Shown piece after piece: positions 37,497 to 51,400 of a stretch of 64,000 bases of DNA (positions are counted from its first letter, which is position 1; each line of letters opens with the position of its first letter). This stretch comes from Macrostomum lignano (Eukaryota): NCBI GenBank assembly GCA_002269645.1, contig NIVC01002095.1, forward strand, positions 1-64,000, in the 5' to 3' direction. Position numbers and translations under genes: made by a program. The notes under the pieces are model-generated. The model saw only the letters and a program-made list of their open reading frames with translations, searched no databases and was not told the DNA's origin.

Positions 37497-40400
37497 ATGA
37501 TGCTCAGCAATTCAGCTTTGCATTTGCAGCAGATTTGCCGCTGCCTACAAGCTGCATCTCTTGGCGGAAGGACCACACCCGCTGTGGTGTCTGGTTTGCA
37601 CACCAGTCCAGCTTGGCTCAAGCAGAGAGGCATTGTATTCAAGCATCGGCCGAGCTTTCGTTGGGCTGAGGAGCAGGCTGGGCTTGCAGATATTCCCTAC
37701 ACAACTGAGGCGCTGCCGCAGGTCTGTTTTATTGGATATTAATTGGGTTCTCTCTGTGCCAACCTATCTAAATGTGGGGTTCTGCAAGGTGTGACTTTAT
37801 AGTGTGGGTTTCCAGTTTGAAGTTTAAGTTTCCTACTTGGGTGCTGGATTTTTCAGTCTTGGGGTTCGTCTTCAGTGTGTTTGATTTCCATTTGAATTTG
37901 TGGGGTTCCTCGTTGCAGTATTAAATAAGTGAGGGGTTCCAGTTTTGAGTGAGAGGTTCCAGTTTCCAGTTTTGAGTGAGAGGTTCCAGTTTTGAGTGAG
38001 AGGTTCCAGTTTTGAGTGAGAGGTTCCAGTTTTGAGTGAGGGGTTCCAGTTTCCAGTTTTGAGTGAGAGGTTCCAGTTTTGAGTGAGGGGTTCCAGTTTC
38101 CAGTTTTGAGTGAGGGGTTCCAGTTTCCAGTTTTGAGTGAGGGGTTCCAGTTTCCAGTTTTGAGTAAGAGGTTCCAGTTTCCAGTTTTGAGTGAGAGGTT
38201 CCAGTTTTGAGTGAGAGGTTCCAGTTTTGAGTGAGAGGTTCCAGTTTTGAGTGAGGGGTTCCAGTTTCCAGTTTTGAGTGAGAGGTTCCAGTTTTGAGTG
38301 AGGGGTTCCAGTTTCCAGTTTTGAGTGAGAGGTTCCAGTTTCCAGTTTTGAGTGAGAGGTTTCAGTTTCCAGTTTTGAGTAAGAGGTTCCAGTTTCCAGT
38401 TTTGAGTGAGAGGTTCCAGTTTCCAGTTTTGAGTGAGAGGTTTCAGTTTCCAGTTTTGAGTGAGAGGTTCCAGTTTCCAGTTTTGAGTGAGAGGTTCCAG
38501 TTTCCAGTTTTGAGTGAGAGGTTCCAGTTTCCAGTTTTGAGTGAGAGGTTTCAGTTTCCAGTTTTGAGTGAGAGGTTCCAGTTTCCAGTTTTGAGTGAGA
38601 GGTTCCAGTTTCCAGTTTTGAGTAAGAGGTTCCAGTTTCCAGTTTTGAGTGAGAGGTTTCAGTTTCCAGTTTTGAGTAAGAGGTTCCAGTTTCCAGTTTT
38701 GAGTGAGAGGTTCCAGTTTCCAGTTTTGAGTGAGAGGTTTCAGTTTCCAGTTTTGAGTGAGAGGTTCCAGTTTCCAGTTTTGAGTAAGAGGTTCCAGTTT
38801 CCAGTTTTGAGTGAGAGGTTTCAGTTTCCAGTTTTGAGTAAGAGGTTCCAGTTTCCAGTTTTGAGTGAGAGGTTCCAGTTTCCAGTTTTGAGTAAGAGGT
38901 TCCAGTTTCCAGTTTTGAGTGAGAGGTTTCAGTTTCCAGTTTTGAGTAAGAGGTTCCAGTTTCCAGTTTTGAGTGAGAGGTTCCAGTTTCCAGTTTTGAG
39001 TGAGAGGTTCCAGTTTCCAGTTTTGAGTGAGGGGTTCCAGTTTTGAGTGAGGGGTTCCAGTTTTGAGTGAGGGGTTCCAGTTTTGAGTGAGGGGTTCCAG
39101 TTTTGAGTGAGGGGTTCCAGTTTTGAGTGAGGGGTTCCAGTTTTGAGTGAGGGGTTCCAGTTTTGAGTGAGGGGTTCCAGTTTTGAGTGAGGGGTTCCAG
39201 TTTTGAGTGAGGGGTTCCAGTTTTGAGTGAGGGGTTCCAGTTTTGAGTGAGGGGTTCCAGTTTTGAGTGAGGGGTTCCAGTTTTGAGTGAGGGGTTCCAG
39301 TTTTGAGTGAGGGGTTCCAGTTTTGAGTGAGGGGTTCCAGTTTTGAGTGAGGGGTTCCAGTTTTGAGTGAGGGGTTCCAGTTTTGAGTGAGGGGTTCCAG
39401 TTTTGAGTGAGGGGTTCCAGTTTTGAGTGAGGGGTTCCAGTTTTGAGTGAGGGGTTCCAGTTTTGAGTGCGGCTCCTTTGAAGCCAACGGAGTTTGAGGT
39501 AGCTCTTAAGTTTTGGATTCCTCTTTAAAGTGCCCTGTGTACTTTATTAGAATTTAGGATTTTAGCCGAATTAGAGTCCTGAGTTTTAGCGTGGTATATT
39601 TCGGTATAGAAAAAAGTACTATTTTTTAATTTTATTATAATGCTACTGAAAGTCGGGATTGTCAGTAGTATTTAAAATAAATGTCGTCTTACATGATTAA
39701 ATATTTTTTTTTGCATATATAACTTTCGAAACTGCTTGACTGAGTTGATTAGAAAAGTATCTCATCTCGTGCTTAGCCAGGCTCTTAGCAAAACTGTAAA
39801 CATGTTTTTATCTTGATAGTTGGTATATGCTAAAAATAGTGACAACCTTGGTAAAGATAAAGAAACAACTGACTAAATTTAAAAGTGTGCTGAATTGTCT
39901 TTAGTCTCGTTATTATAGTTGGGCGTGTTTTTCACTCTGCGTTGCGGGACCCTGAAAGCAGTGATAAAATAGGTAGAATTACATGTATACAAGCTAGTCT
40001 AACTATCTGTGGATTGAATACACAGCTCAGGCCAAGGTGACCTAAAAGGAGGCCGTAGCCCAGCGGTATAGCGCAGGCTCTGGTGTGCCAGCGACCCAGG
40101 CTCGATTCCAAGTGCAGTCACATTAATTTGGGGCTGAATTGGAATCTCGGCTTGGCTCTGGTCTTTGAGAGCCAACCCCCCAAGGCGCAGTGAAGTGTAC
40201 ATGCCTAACGATAATATAAAGTTAGGGCCGCTGTACACTCCTGTGTGAGTGTGTGCCTGCGTACGTATCCGCGCGCTTGTGTGCCTGCTCAGGGGAGTCG
40301 GCGGAATGGGCAGGGTGCACACAACCCCCCTGCCTCTAATAAAGAAAAGGTGACCTAAAGCCACGACTTGCATTAACGACACTTATTTATTTGTCGTATT

Positions 40401-40606
40401 CTAATCAAACATGTACAGCAGCTACAGCTGCCAACTGACTTCTAATCGTCAGGCATGTACACACTGCGCCTTGGGGGCTTGCCCTCGTGGGTGTGAATTG
40501 CACGAAAACCCCATTGGGCCAATTTTTGTGCACTCAAGCCTCAAACGAATGTAGAATGAAACCAGGGGTGCAAGAGCTGCTTCTGCCCCCTGAGAGAGAG
40601 CTGCTT

Positions 40607-40677
<71 letters not shown>

Positions 40678-42682
40678 TAACTAGGCATTAATTTCTGCTG
40701 TTCCTCTTGAGACCAACCATTCTCATGCTTTTTGTTGCGAAGAATATATTCAACTAGAAATTTCTAGACTTGACTAGTTTGTCTGTCTTCGCGGGTTGTC
40801 TTTAATTAGAACCTTTTTTCAACAATACGAGCTAGCAACCATGTTGTTAGGGTTCTATTGCAATAGTCTCTCGCATGCACTGTACCCTGTGCATGCTGTT
40901 GCTTGTGTGGAGTCTGGGGCTGCGTCTGAAGGTTATTTAAATCTAGATGCTTTTTAATCGACAGAATCTACAGAAGCATAATCCCACCGGCCGATCTCAC
41001 CTAACAGGAATCCCATCTGCTAACCTGACAATCAGAACCCCACCTGTCAATCACTGCAATCAGAATCCCACCTGTAAATCACTTCAATCAGAACCCCACC
41101 TGTAAATCACTGCAATCAGAACCCCACCTGTAAATCACTGCAATCAGAACCCCACCTGTCAATCACTGCAATCAGATCCCCACCTGTCAATCACACAGGT
41201 GCGCACAGGCGGTCGCGGCCCATTTGGCCGTATCTGGCTAAAACACGTGTCAGGCGGCCTCCGCCTGCCCACCTTCTGGGTTGACTTGGTTCGCAACGGC
41301 CTTGACAACACTGGCGAGCCTCTAGTAGAAGAAGTTTTCTACCTGCACAAAAATTTTTGGCGTCGCCACTTGATCGCCCTGGTTGGCAACGGCGAACGAA
41401 AACGCTGGATTATCGCCGGCGCCGAGATGCAAGTAGGCGATTTCACCACCTCGCATCCGCGTCAATTCATCCCGGACGTGCCAGTGGCCAATCCCAAGCC
41501 TGGGGACGCTTATCCTATTGGCGCATTGCCAGTTGGCAGCACGATTAGCTGCGTTGAGCAGAAGCCCGGCGAAGGCGCCAAACTTGCTGTCGAAGGCGGC
41601 ACTTCGGCCACTTATGTGCGCGCTCTGCCCGACGGCAAAGCTCTGGTTGTGACACCGTCTAAACAGGAGATGATAGTCAGCCAGCACTGCACCGTCATGG
41701 TCGGCCAGGTGTCCGGCAGTGCCAGAGAAAAGTTTAAAAGTTTCAATGAGAAACGGCGATATGGTATAAAACAGAGAAGTGGATTTCGGCAGAAGAAGGG
41801 CGATAGGTAAGCCGCTGTTTTTGGGGGGGGGGTGATTTATTGTTTGCTGTTTGGACGGATTATCGTAGCTGATTGGGATTTAGGGATTATATCGTAGCTG
41901 ATTGTGATTAAGGGATTATCGTAGCTGTTTGGGATTTAGGGATTATCGTAGCTGATTGGGATTTATGGATTATCGTAGCTGATTGGGATTTAGGGATTAT
42001 CATAGCTGATTGGGATTTAGAGCTTATCGTAGCTGATTTGGATTTAGGGATTATCGTAGCTGATTGGGATTTATGGATTATCGTAGCTGATTTGGATTTA
42101 GGGATTATCGTAGCTGATTGGAATTTAGGGATTTAGGGATTATCGTAGCTGATTGAGATTTAGGGATTATCGTAGCTGATTGAGATTTAGGGATTATTGT
42201 ACCTGATTAGAATTTAGGGATTATCGTAGCTGATTAGGATTAAGGGATTATCGTTAGCTGGTTGGGATTTAGGGATTGTCGCAGCTGATTAGTAATTAGG
42301 GATTATCGTAGTAGATTAGGACATTTAGGGATAAAATCGTAGCCGGTTAGACTAAGAGATTATCAAAGCTGATAAGGATCTAAGGATTGCGATCCCATTC
42401 GGTTCGTATTTTGGGATTGCACTCACCATCAGTGCAAGTAAGTTCGCACCTGCCACCCCATTCACCTCCATCAGATTCGGTCGCCGGATAAAATTCTACA
42501 CTCCCCGGTTCGACTGCACCGCTCCCTATCCTGTCAATTACGATATTCGCAGCTATTTGTACACCTGGCCTGGCGAGGGCGGCTGGAGCAAGCCGCTGCC
42601 CAGGTTCGTGGCCGACTACAGCAGCTTCCCGCGCTACCGCTGGAACCAGCAGTACATCAAAAACCGGCAAGACGCCTTCTGA
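37497..42682 (+). CDS. MRPL2: Mitochondrial ribosomal protein uL2m (~346 aa, 3 exons)
   Basis: Exons 37497-37721, 41199-41806 and 42475-42682 join in phase. N-terminal presequence-like segment, then YTTEALPQVRTGGRGPFGRI..HVSGG, IALVGNGERKRWIIA, GDAYPIGALPVGSTISCVEQKPGEG and TVMVGQVS...KKGDRFGRRIK, matching uL2m motifs. Confidence 0.92.
37930..39465. repeat. 27-bp/21-bp satellite (GGTTCCAGTTTCCAGTTTTGAGTGAGA / GGTTCCAGTTTTGAGTGAGGG) in MRPL2 intron 1
   Basis: About 1.5 kb; the 27-bp domain switches to a homogeneous 21-bp domain near 39020. Confidence 0.97.
40047..40346 (+). mobile_element. tRNA-derived SINE, family A, full length with 13-bp TSD
   Basis: Box A TAGCCCAGCGG, box B GGCTCGATTCC, A-rich tail; TSD AAGGTGACCTAAA at 40034-40046 and 40347-40359. 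Confidence 0.88.
41020..41190. repeat. 28-bp tandem repeat abutting the MRPL2 exon 2 acceptor
   Basis: AATCACTGCAATCAGAACCCCACCTGTA, ~6 copies. Confidence 0.9.
41855..42385. repeat. ~27-bp tandem repeat in MRPL2 intron 2
   Basis: GGGATTATCGTAGCTGATTGGGATTTA variants, ~19 copies. Confidence 0.9.
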
Positions 42683-42794
42683 CCTGCTGCCTGACCTGCT
42701 GGCTTGTGCCACCATGCGATTGGTTTTGCTGAGGTTAATAGGAATATAACAATTATTGACTGCATTTTTGGTTTATATGGGTAGATAGATAGGT

Positions 42795-42799
42795 GATGC

Positions 42800-42848
<49 letters not shown>

Positions 42849-42857
42849 TAGACAGAC

Positions 42858-42898
<41 letters not shown>

Positions 42899-42899
42899 C

Positions 42900-42960
<61 letters not shown>

Positions 42961-43103
42961 TAGACAGACAGACAGACAGACAGACACACAGACAGACAGA
43001 CAGACAGACACACAGACACACAGACAGACAGACAGACAGGCAGACAGACAGACACACAGACAGACAGACAGACAGGCAGACACAGACAGACAGACAGGCA
43101 GGC

Positions 43104-43136
<33 letters not shown>

Positions 43137-43175
43137 GGCAGACAGACAGACAGACAGGCAGACAGACAGACAGTC
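42795..43175. repeat. (GACA)n microsatellite
   Basis: Directly visible downstream of MRPL2. Confidence 0.97.
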
Positions 43176-44494
43176 TGTCATTATGGCAATAGCCTCTACT
43201 TAGGTTTTTTATGCAATTGAATGTTTAAGTTCCTATTTAAAGGTCATGTCTTCATAACTTCATGTTTCATAAATAAATCTGTTATTAAAAAACTGTTTTA
43301 AGGGTCAATGTAATTCATCGACTTATAAAGCTATGCTGAATTTTGTTGATTAAAAATATTGTCTTTATTACTGTTTTTAAATGTTATTGTCGTAGAGTTA
43401 AGGACACGGGCAGGTTGCTTAAGTTTGGGATATTGTTCTTGTCTGTCACTGTCTCCCATGCCTGACATATCTAATTTCTCTGCCTAAAGCGGAAAGTACT
43501 TTTGTGCGGATAAGGGAAAATACAAATTCCTGTTAGTAGATCGCAGGGCACACTGAAAGGTCATTCGGTTGTTCGTTCGGTCAGTCAGAAATGATTTCCA
43601 CTTTCATCTCTCCTCCGTATTGATAAGACTGCGCGTGTTTACAGTTTACTGTGTTGTTCGCAGTCACGGGATCGACTCGTTATGAATGGAGCTTTCCAAC
43701 AGTTTGTCCTCCTTCGATCGATCTTATCAATCACGTGACTAGAACTTCATAAAAGAACTTGTTGTTAGCTTGGGTTGCCTCTCTTTCCCTCCGTTTTTAT
43801 TAAGGATCTATTTTTAGACCCGCTGAATGATCCCCCCCGAGTCAGCTGATTTCTCTCGCGCAAATGAGGACAAATCTATGATGGGGTGGGGAGAGCGCAA
43901 GTTGTACAGCCGCTTCTCTATCCCTTTGCGCTTCTCTGTCCTCTCCTAATCTGCTGTTGCTAGGGCGTCCGACCCTGGCGGTTAAAGCTGTACAAGTCAG
44001 AGTGTACACTTGAGCGCGTACATTCTCTCTCTCTGCCCTGAAGCCAGCGCCCCTGTTTTTCTGTTTACCCCGGCAACTTCTCTCTTGCCTCACTCACCCA
44101 CCCTGTCCTCAATGGCCTTGGCCTGGACTGTACTATATAATGCTGGGCTTACTTATCTTATTATTACAATGTTTTAAGCAGGCCGCAGTACCACCGCGAG
44201 CGAGGTACCTTTTGCCTACCTAACCTGCCTTATTCAAGCCTGAAGGCTAGCTATATAGTTCAGTAATAAAGGCTTGCGTAGCAACCCAATTTCTTTCTTC
44301 TTTAATACCTAATTGGTAAGTAACAACAGGGTCCTCTGGCTTCATATTGTTGTATGTATGGTATCTAGATATGTACCGTATCTTGTGTGTGTGCTTTAGT
44401 ACCTGTTTTGCTTTTTGTGGGGTCTGTTTCTTAGTTTAAGAGATGTTAAGGTGGGCTCGCAGCAAATATATAGTTATGTAGATACAACACATAG

Positions 44495-44875
44495 ATTGGT
44501 AGATAGATGAGCAGATTGGCAGATGGACAGGCAGATTGGTACATAGACAGGTGGGTTAGTAGGTAGACAGATTTGTAGATCGACAGGCAGATTGGTAGAT
44601 AGACAAGCTGATTTTTGGTAGATAGACAGGCAGATTGGTAGATACACAGGCAGACAGATTGGTAGATAGACAGGCAGACAGATTGGTAGATAGACAGGCA
44701 GACAGATTGGTAGATAGACAGGCAGACAGATTGGTAGATAGACAGGCAGACAGATTGGTAGATAGACAGGCAGACAGATTGGTAGATAGACAGGCAGACA
44801 GATTGGTAGATAGACCAGGCAGACAGATTAGTAGATAGACAGGCAGACAGATTGGTAGATAGACCAGGCAGTAAG
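44495..44875. repeat. 24-bp tandem repeat (GGCAGACAGATTGGTAGATAGACA) upstream of the YPEL CDS
   Basis: About 14 copies, homogeneous in the middle. Confidence 0.92.
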
Positions 44876-44933
44876 ACAAGCAGCCAGTCTACAGTCCCAA
44901 ATCTCTCCCCGTATCCGCAGCAGCCGGGGCGCA

Positions 44934-45314
44934 ATGGGCAAGACCTTTCAAGTGTACCTCTCGCCGGAGTCGCCAACCATCAGCGGCCGCACCTACGCCT
45001 GCGTGCACTGCCGGGCGCACCTGGCCGCTCATTGCGATTTAATTAGCAAAAGTTTCCAGGGCAGTCAGGGCAGGGCCTACCTGTTCGACCGGGTGGTGAA
45101 CATCACCACTGGACCAGTTGAGGAGCGGGTGCTGCTCACCGGACTGCACAGCGTAGCGGATATTCACTGCCAAGGCTGCGGCACAACACTAGGCTGGAAG
45201 TACGAGCACGCGTTTGAGAGCTCGCAAAAGTACAAAGAGGGCAAATTTATAATCGAACTGGCCCATCTGATTAAAGACAACGGCTGGGACTCGGATGACA
45301 GCAATTCGTCTTGA
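44934..45314 (+). CDS. YPEL: Protein yippee-like (YPEL1/2/3-type), single coding exon, 126 aa
   Basis: [91 protein letters not shown], the conserved Yippee zinc-binding family. Confidence 0.96.
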   Translation: MGKTFQVYLSPESPTISGRTYACVHCRAHLAAHCDLISKSFQGSQGRAYLFDRVVNITTGPVEERVLLTGLHSVADIHCQGCGTTLGWKYEHAFESSQKYKEGKFIIELAHLIKDNGWDSDDSNSS

Positions 45315-45522
45315 GTATGTTCATCCATTCAGTCAGTCTAGGGAGAGAGTCGGCGGACGGGTCAGTTTTATTTTCAACTAAGCGCCTAAATGCTTGTGTT
45401 TGTATATACCAGCGAGTATAGAAATCTGTGTATAGAATTTGAAGTTAGCTCTAAGACTGCTTCATTGTGTATATATTATTGTATTGATCGGTGTTAAAAA
45501 TGTTTCACGGGGTTCTGTCAAA

Positions 45523-46110
45523 CCATCTGGAGTAGAAAGAGTGCTTGAGCCAAGCCATGGAGTTCTAGACCTATCAAACATCTGGAGTAGAAAGAGAGCT
45601 TGAGCCAAGCCATGGAGTTCTAGACCTATCAAACATCTGGAGTAGAAAGAGAGCTTGAGCCAAGCCATGGAGTTCTAGACCTATCAAACATCTGGAGTAG
45701 AAAGAGTGCTTGAGCCAAGCCATGGAGTTCTAGACCTATCAAACATCTGGAGTAGAAAGAGAGCTTGAGCCAAGCCATGGAGTTCTAGACCTATCAAACA
45801 TCTGGAGTAGAAAGAGAGCTTGAGCCAAGCCATGGAGTTCTAGACCTATCAAACATCTGGAGTAGAAAGAGTGCTTGAGCCAAGCCATGGAGTTCTAGAC
45901 CTATCAAACATCTGGAGTAGAAAGAGTGCTTAAGCCAAGCCATGGAGTTCTAGACCTATCAAACATCTGGAGTAGAAAGAGTGCTTGAGCCAAGCCATGG
46001 AGTTCTAGACCTATCAAACATCTGGAGTAGAAAGAGTGCTTAAGCCAAGCCATGGAGTTTTAGACCTATCAAACATCTGGAGTAGAAAGAGTGCTTGAGC
46101 CAAGCCATGG
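45523..46110. repeat. 55-bp tandem repeat, ~10.5 copies
   Basis: CATCTGGAGTAGAAAGAGTGCTTGAGCCAAGCCATGGAGTTCTAGACCTATCAAA; period of 55 checked. Confidence 0.96.
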
Positions 46111-48476
46111 AGAGCTTCAGATATAGAGAAGTCTATCTGCACAGCTTGGAACTTCTTGAACTAATTTTTGGCCTTTTGAATAAAAATGGCAACAACGGCG
46201 CCCGACTTCAGAAGCATATATATATTCGTTATATATATTTCCCTCTGAGCACCTTATCAATTATTCTTAAACAAGTGCGCTGTCTGCTGCACTATTGTAA
46301 TTTCTTTTTGTGATATATTTTTTTAAAAGAAGGAATATTACTTGTTTTTGAGAGTCGGGACGTTCTGATTTGTAAATCTGTACAAAATACCTAAATTGTG
46401 TAAATAAAGGGGCTACAGTCTTCTTTCGTTTGTTTGTTTTAAACTGTTTGGAAGTTCTTTCATCGCGCGTCGAAATTTACCGATTTCATTTCGCATTAGA
46501 TTTTACACATTTATCATTGACATTTGTGTACATGCAAAACACATAATTTGCCGTCTTGTGTATCTTTACCTTTATTTTCACAGCTTCACTCTTTTTGTCT
46601 CCAGATTTTTTGTAAAAAATGTTTTGAAAAAAATTTCCTTGTATATGATTCCCTGCGGCTATCTTGACTGCACTAATTACACTACGCCGTACCGTCTGCT
46701 TGCAATAATTTCACTTCCTTATTTTGAAGTATTTATTTTTTTAAAGTTGAGACATTGCTTTAATGCTGGTAGACGACTGGTCATTTCTATTTAACAACAT
46801 TTACTACGTAGGATAAAAGCTGAAAGATATTTTGTATCAAGGGTTTGGTAAGTCGCTCGATTTTCATTTTTTCTGCGAATGAATCTGATTATTTGTTTTA
46901 AACCAACAACCGGGACCGGGAAAGTCAACGTCGTAAATTTACTTCAAGGTGTTTAAATTTGATAATGCTTTTTTAGTTAGATTTTCCTGTAACTAACGGA
47001 AACGCGTTGATAAATAAACGGTTTCAGTGCGACACGATGCTTTCGTTTTAAAGTTTGTTTGGATTAAAATAATATTTACATGACTAAGCAATTCCTTATT
47101 TCTTCTTTAAACCAATAATACAATGCTACAATATAATTCCTATGCATTTCTATTATCTAAGTTCTGTTTAATTTTCGAGTATTTTGAGGCTTCAACTGAA
47201 ACTTAGGCTGAGCTTCGAAAATTATTATAGATACATTATCCATTCAACCATTTAAAGTAAATTTCAACAAGCCTAACAGACCTTGTCTCCAAATACCGGA
47301 TGCGCTGCAGGGGCCTGGGCAACTTTTGCGTACGTTAAAATAACGAAACTTCCGAAACGGACTGTCAAAAGTTGTTTAAAACAAAATATTATACATTTTA
47401 CGTGAAGAAACTCTTACTTACATTTTTAATATAGGAATTTTGTAAATAATTACAATTTTTTTTAGTTTTTGGTGCAAAAGCTAAGTTTGTTTGAATAAAT
47501 AGTAAAAATGTAAGGCGTCAGTTGCGCGTTTAACTGGTATTTCGACGCTCATTTAATCACCGCTTTATGTGCTGGTTTTTCTTCTTCCTATATAGCAACG
47601 TACTGAGTTTTTTGCGTTAAAGAAAGCTTGAAGTGTTTTCTTTTTAATACTTAATTTTTTAAAGCTCCGTTATTTGGTAGAATGTGCCACCTGTAACAAT
47701 TAGCTAATAGAATTTAAATGTTATGGCACAGAACCGCAGGCAGTGTTTATAACCGAGAAAGAACCATTACTTGCTATGAGGACATAAAAAAATATTGGGA
47801 CTAACACTTTTGATAATGTTTTGAGTGTATTATTCTTTTTCGATAAGAAATTCGTATTTCTTATCGTATTCGTGGCCTTTCGTATTTAATTAACTTAAGC
47901 ATAAAATTATACAAGCTAGTTTACTAATTAATGATGGAAGAAAGCATTAAATTAAGTAATGAGTTATTGGTCATAAAACTATGTATTTTGAATTAGTGCC
48001 CTCTTCCCCTTGAAAAAAGAAAGCAGAATCCATTATTATAAGCAGAATGCAATGGGGTTATAGTTAAATGCAATTTGATACAATTGCTATAAAATTTCTG
48101 AAAACTATATTATAATTTTTGAGTCCATCTCTGCAATAAAAAACCCAGAACAAAATTTATTTTGGAATACATGCTAGTCTGATAATGTATAGATTTGCAT
48201 CTTCCCTGATTGATTTTTGCTCTAGTAATAGAAAGTGAAATATTTTAGGCTTGAAATTAATATTTAGTTAATTAAGGAAATAATGTTTAATTTGGCACTG
48301 AAATATCATTATGCCATTAAATTTTTTTTCCAAAAAATAGAAGACACTATGGCTTCATTTAAGCCTAATAAATAGTTTTCTGCATTGTTAGTGAGAGAAT
48401 TTCAAAATCTTAAAAAATATTAATTTAAATTTCGCTGTGCAACCAGATCGGTATCTAAGTAAAACAAAGCAACAGT

Positions 48477-51400
48477 ATGTCGGAACCGGCCGCACCAGAC
48501 AGCGCTGGAGCCAGCGCGGAGGATCTGCACGAATCTGAACGCCTGAGAAGCGCCGTTAAGACGAAGCACGACACTAAAAAGAAGCGACTGCGGAAACGGC
48601 TGCAGGAGACTCTGCCGGCCACTGAAGGCGACGCCGATATGCAGGTGGGGCACATTTAGAAATGCGTGTCATTGTGGACATAAAAGTAAAGAAGGGGTGT
48701 CACATTGCGAGTCAAATTGACTCATCAAGAGGCATGTGCCAAAGCTATTAGGGTTCAATGGCGCCATATTAAGATTCAATGGCGCTTTATTAGGATTCAA
48801 TAGCACCAAATTAGGATTTAATGGCTTTTATTAGGATTCAATAGCACCACATTAGGATTCAATGGCGTCATATTAGGATTCAATAGCACCACATTAGGAT
48901 TTAATGGCGCTTTATTAGGACTCAATGGCGCTTTATTAGGATTCAATAGCACCAAATTAGGATTTAATGGCGTTTTATTAGGATTCAATAGCACCACATT
49001 AGGATTCAATGGCGTCATATTAGGATTCAATAGCACCACATTAGGATTTAATGGCGTTTTACGAGCTATTAGGATTCAATAGCACCACATTAGGATTCAA
49101 TGGCGCTTTATTAGGATTCAATGGCGCTTTATTAGGATTCAATAGCGCCACATTAGGATTCAATGGCGCTTTATTAGGATTCAAATGCGCCACATTAGGA
49201 TTCAATGGCGCCACATTAGGATTCAATGGCGCCAAATTAGGATTCAATCGTGCTTTATTAGGATTCAATAGCGCCACATTAGGATTCAATGGGGCCACAT
49301 TAGGATTCAATGGCGCTACAACCAATCCGCACAGGCTGCTCAAGCCCGAGTGAGTCAGCGGTTGCGACTCAGCCAAACGGACGTACGCGACGACGGCGGC
49401 GACGGTGCCGGCGCCGGCGCCAACGCCGATGGCGAAACCGTAGCCGACTCGGCTACGGCGCCACCAACCGAAGCCGACTCCAAGTCGACCAAGCCGCCGA
49501 AGCAGAAGTCGAAAATGACGGCAAAAGCGATGCGGCGGCAAAAACTCGAAGAGGAGCAGCGGCAGGCTGAGGAACGGCGGCGGCTGGAGGCGGAGGAGGC
49601 GGCCGTCTCGGCGGCGGCCACCGTCGGCGGCGGAGGCCTGAGTCGGGAGGACCGGCTGACACGATTTGACACGGCGACAGTCCAGGTCAGTCGATGGAGA
49701 CATGACAGATGAAACAGGGTGTCATCTGTTAGACAGGAGTGTCACCTGTTACACAGGAGTGTCACCTGTTAGACAGGAGTGTCACCTGTTACACAGGAGT
49801 GTCACCTGTTAGACAGGAGTGTCACCTGTTACACAGGAGTGTCACCTGTTAGACAGGAGTGTCACCTGTTAGACAGGACTGTCATCTGTTACACAGGAGT
49901 GTCACCTGTTAGACAGGAGTGTCATCTGTTAGACAGGAGTGTCACCTGTTAGACATCGGGTGTCAATTAGACTTGATTTGCTCTAGTCAGAAACCTATTC
50001 ATTTATGCATTAGCGTAATTTTTGGTACTGAGATCAGGTTCCCTCGTACTTCCCTTGCTAACAACTCTGCATGCCTGCGTGTAATTAGAAAAAGATCCAG
50101 TTGTACTTTCAATTTCGACAGTTGCGTCTTTGCATGTACCTTGAACGAATAAAACAATTCTTCACAGGAACTTCGGCAGAGCAAGGCGGATAGGACGGTC
50201 AAACTCGCCAAGGTAATATTAAATCATAACTGAACGCTGTTTCAATTAGAGTGAGAGTAGCACTACCAAATTTATAAGTGCGTGTGAACTACTCAAAGCT
50301 AAATTCGAAATCGAGAGTGCTAAGGTGACTAGAATCATCGAGTGACTAGAATAATCGAGTGACTAGAATAATCGAGTGACTAGAATGATAGAGTGACTAG
50401 AATGATAGAGTGACTAGAATGATAGAGTGACTAGAATGATAGAGTGACTAGAATGATAGAGTGACAAGAATCGAAGAGTGACAAGAGTGAAGAGTGACAA
50501 GAGTGAAGAGTGACAAGAGTGAAGAGTGACAAGAGTGAAGAGTGACAAGAGTGAAGAGTGACTAGCCTTCTCTCTGGCCTCGAACCGAACCCAGCTGTCC
50601 TGGGACGCACTTCGCGAGAAGAAGGAGCTGACAGAAGAGGAACAAGTCGGCTTCTTCGCAAATGCAGTCTGGGAGGAGGACGAAGATTCCGCAGCTGCGG
50701 CTGCGGCGGCGGATTCGGGCGGCACCGACAGAGTCGATGGGGACACCGGGGCGGCGGAGGACGGCGACATCCTGGTGTTCGAAACCGAGAAGGTCTATCT
50801 GCACCGCGCAATCGTGCAGGAGGAGGCGGACGAAAGTCAGCTGTACTTTTATCCATCGACTGATGCGCGTAAGTTGCGGAGAGTGTCACCTGTTAGACAG
50901 AGTGTGTCACCTGTTAGACAGAGTTTGTCACCTGTTAGACAGAGTTTGTCACCTGTTAGACAGAGTGTGTCACCTGTTAGACAGAGTTTGTCACCTGTTA
51001 GACAGAGTTTGTCACCTGTTAGACAGAGTGTGTCACCTGTTAGAGTTTGTCACCTGTTAGACAGAGTTTTTCACATGTTAGACAGAGTGTGTCACCTGTT
51101 AGAGTTTGTCACCTGTTAGACAGAGTTTTTCACATGTTAGACAGAGTGTGTCACCTGTTAGACAGAGTGTGTCACCTGTTAGAGTTTGTCACCTGTTAGA
51201 CAGAGTTTTTCACATGTTAGACAGAGTGTGTCACCTGTTAGACAGAGTGTGTCACCTGTTAGACAGAGTGTGTCACCTGTTAGACAGAGTGTGTCACCTG
51301 TTAGACAGAGTGTGTCACCTGTTAGACAGAGTGTGTCACCTGTTAGACAGAGTGTGTCACCTGTTAGACAGAGTGTGTCACCTGTTAGACAGAGTGTGTC

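Noticed and set aside
37853-39487. 544-aa repetitive ORF (KLEPLTQNW)n
   Set aside because: Antisense reading of a 27/21-bp intronic satellite whose unit lengths are multiples of 3.
40047-40130. tRNA genes at 40047, 54937 and 62145
   Set aside because: A and B boxes are present but no complete cloverleaf; they continue into SINE bodies with tails or TSD.
42380-42715. Minus-strand 111-aa ORF
   Set aside because: Antisense shadow of MRPL2 exon 3.
46300-48400. AT-rich stretch between YPEL and CC2D2A as a possible transposon
   Set aside because: No TIR/TSD pair or coding remnant that I could verify by eye.
50566-50594. Second frameshift at CC2D2A exon 4 (acceptor at 50565 is out of phase)
   Set aside because: An in-phase CAG acceptor at 50594, preceded by a pyrimidine tract, solves the junction. 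A missing G at 50565 cannot be excluded without RNA-seq.
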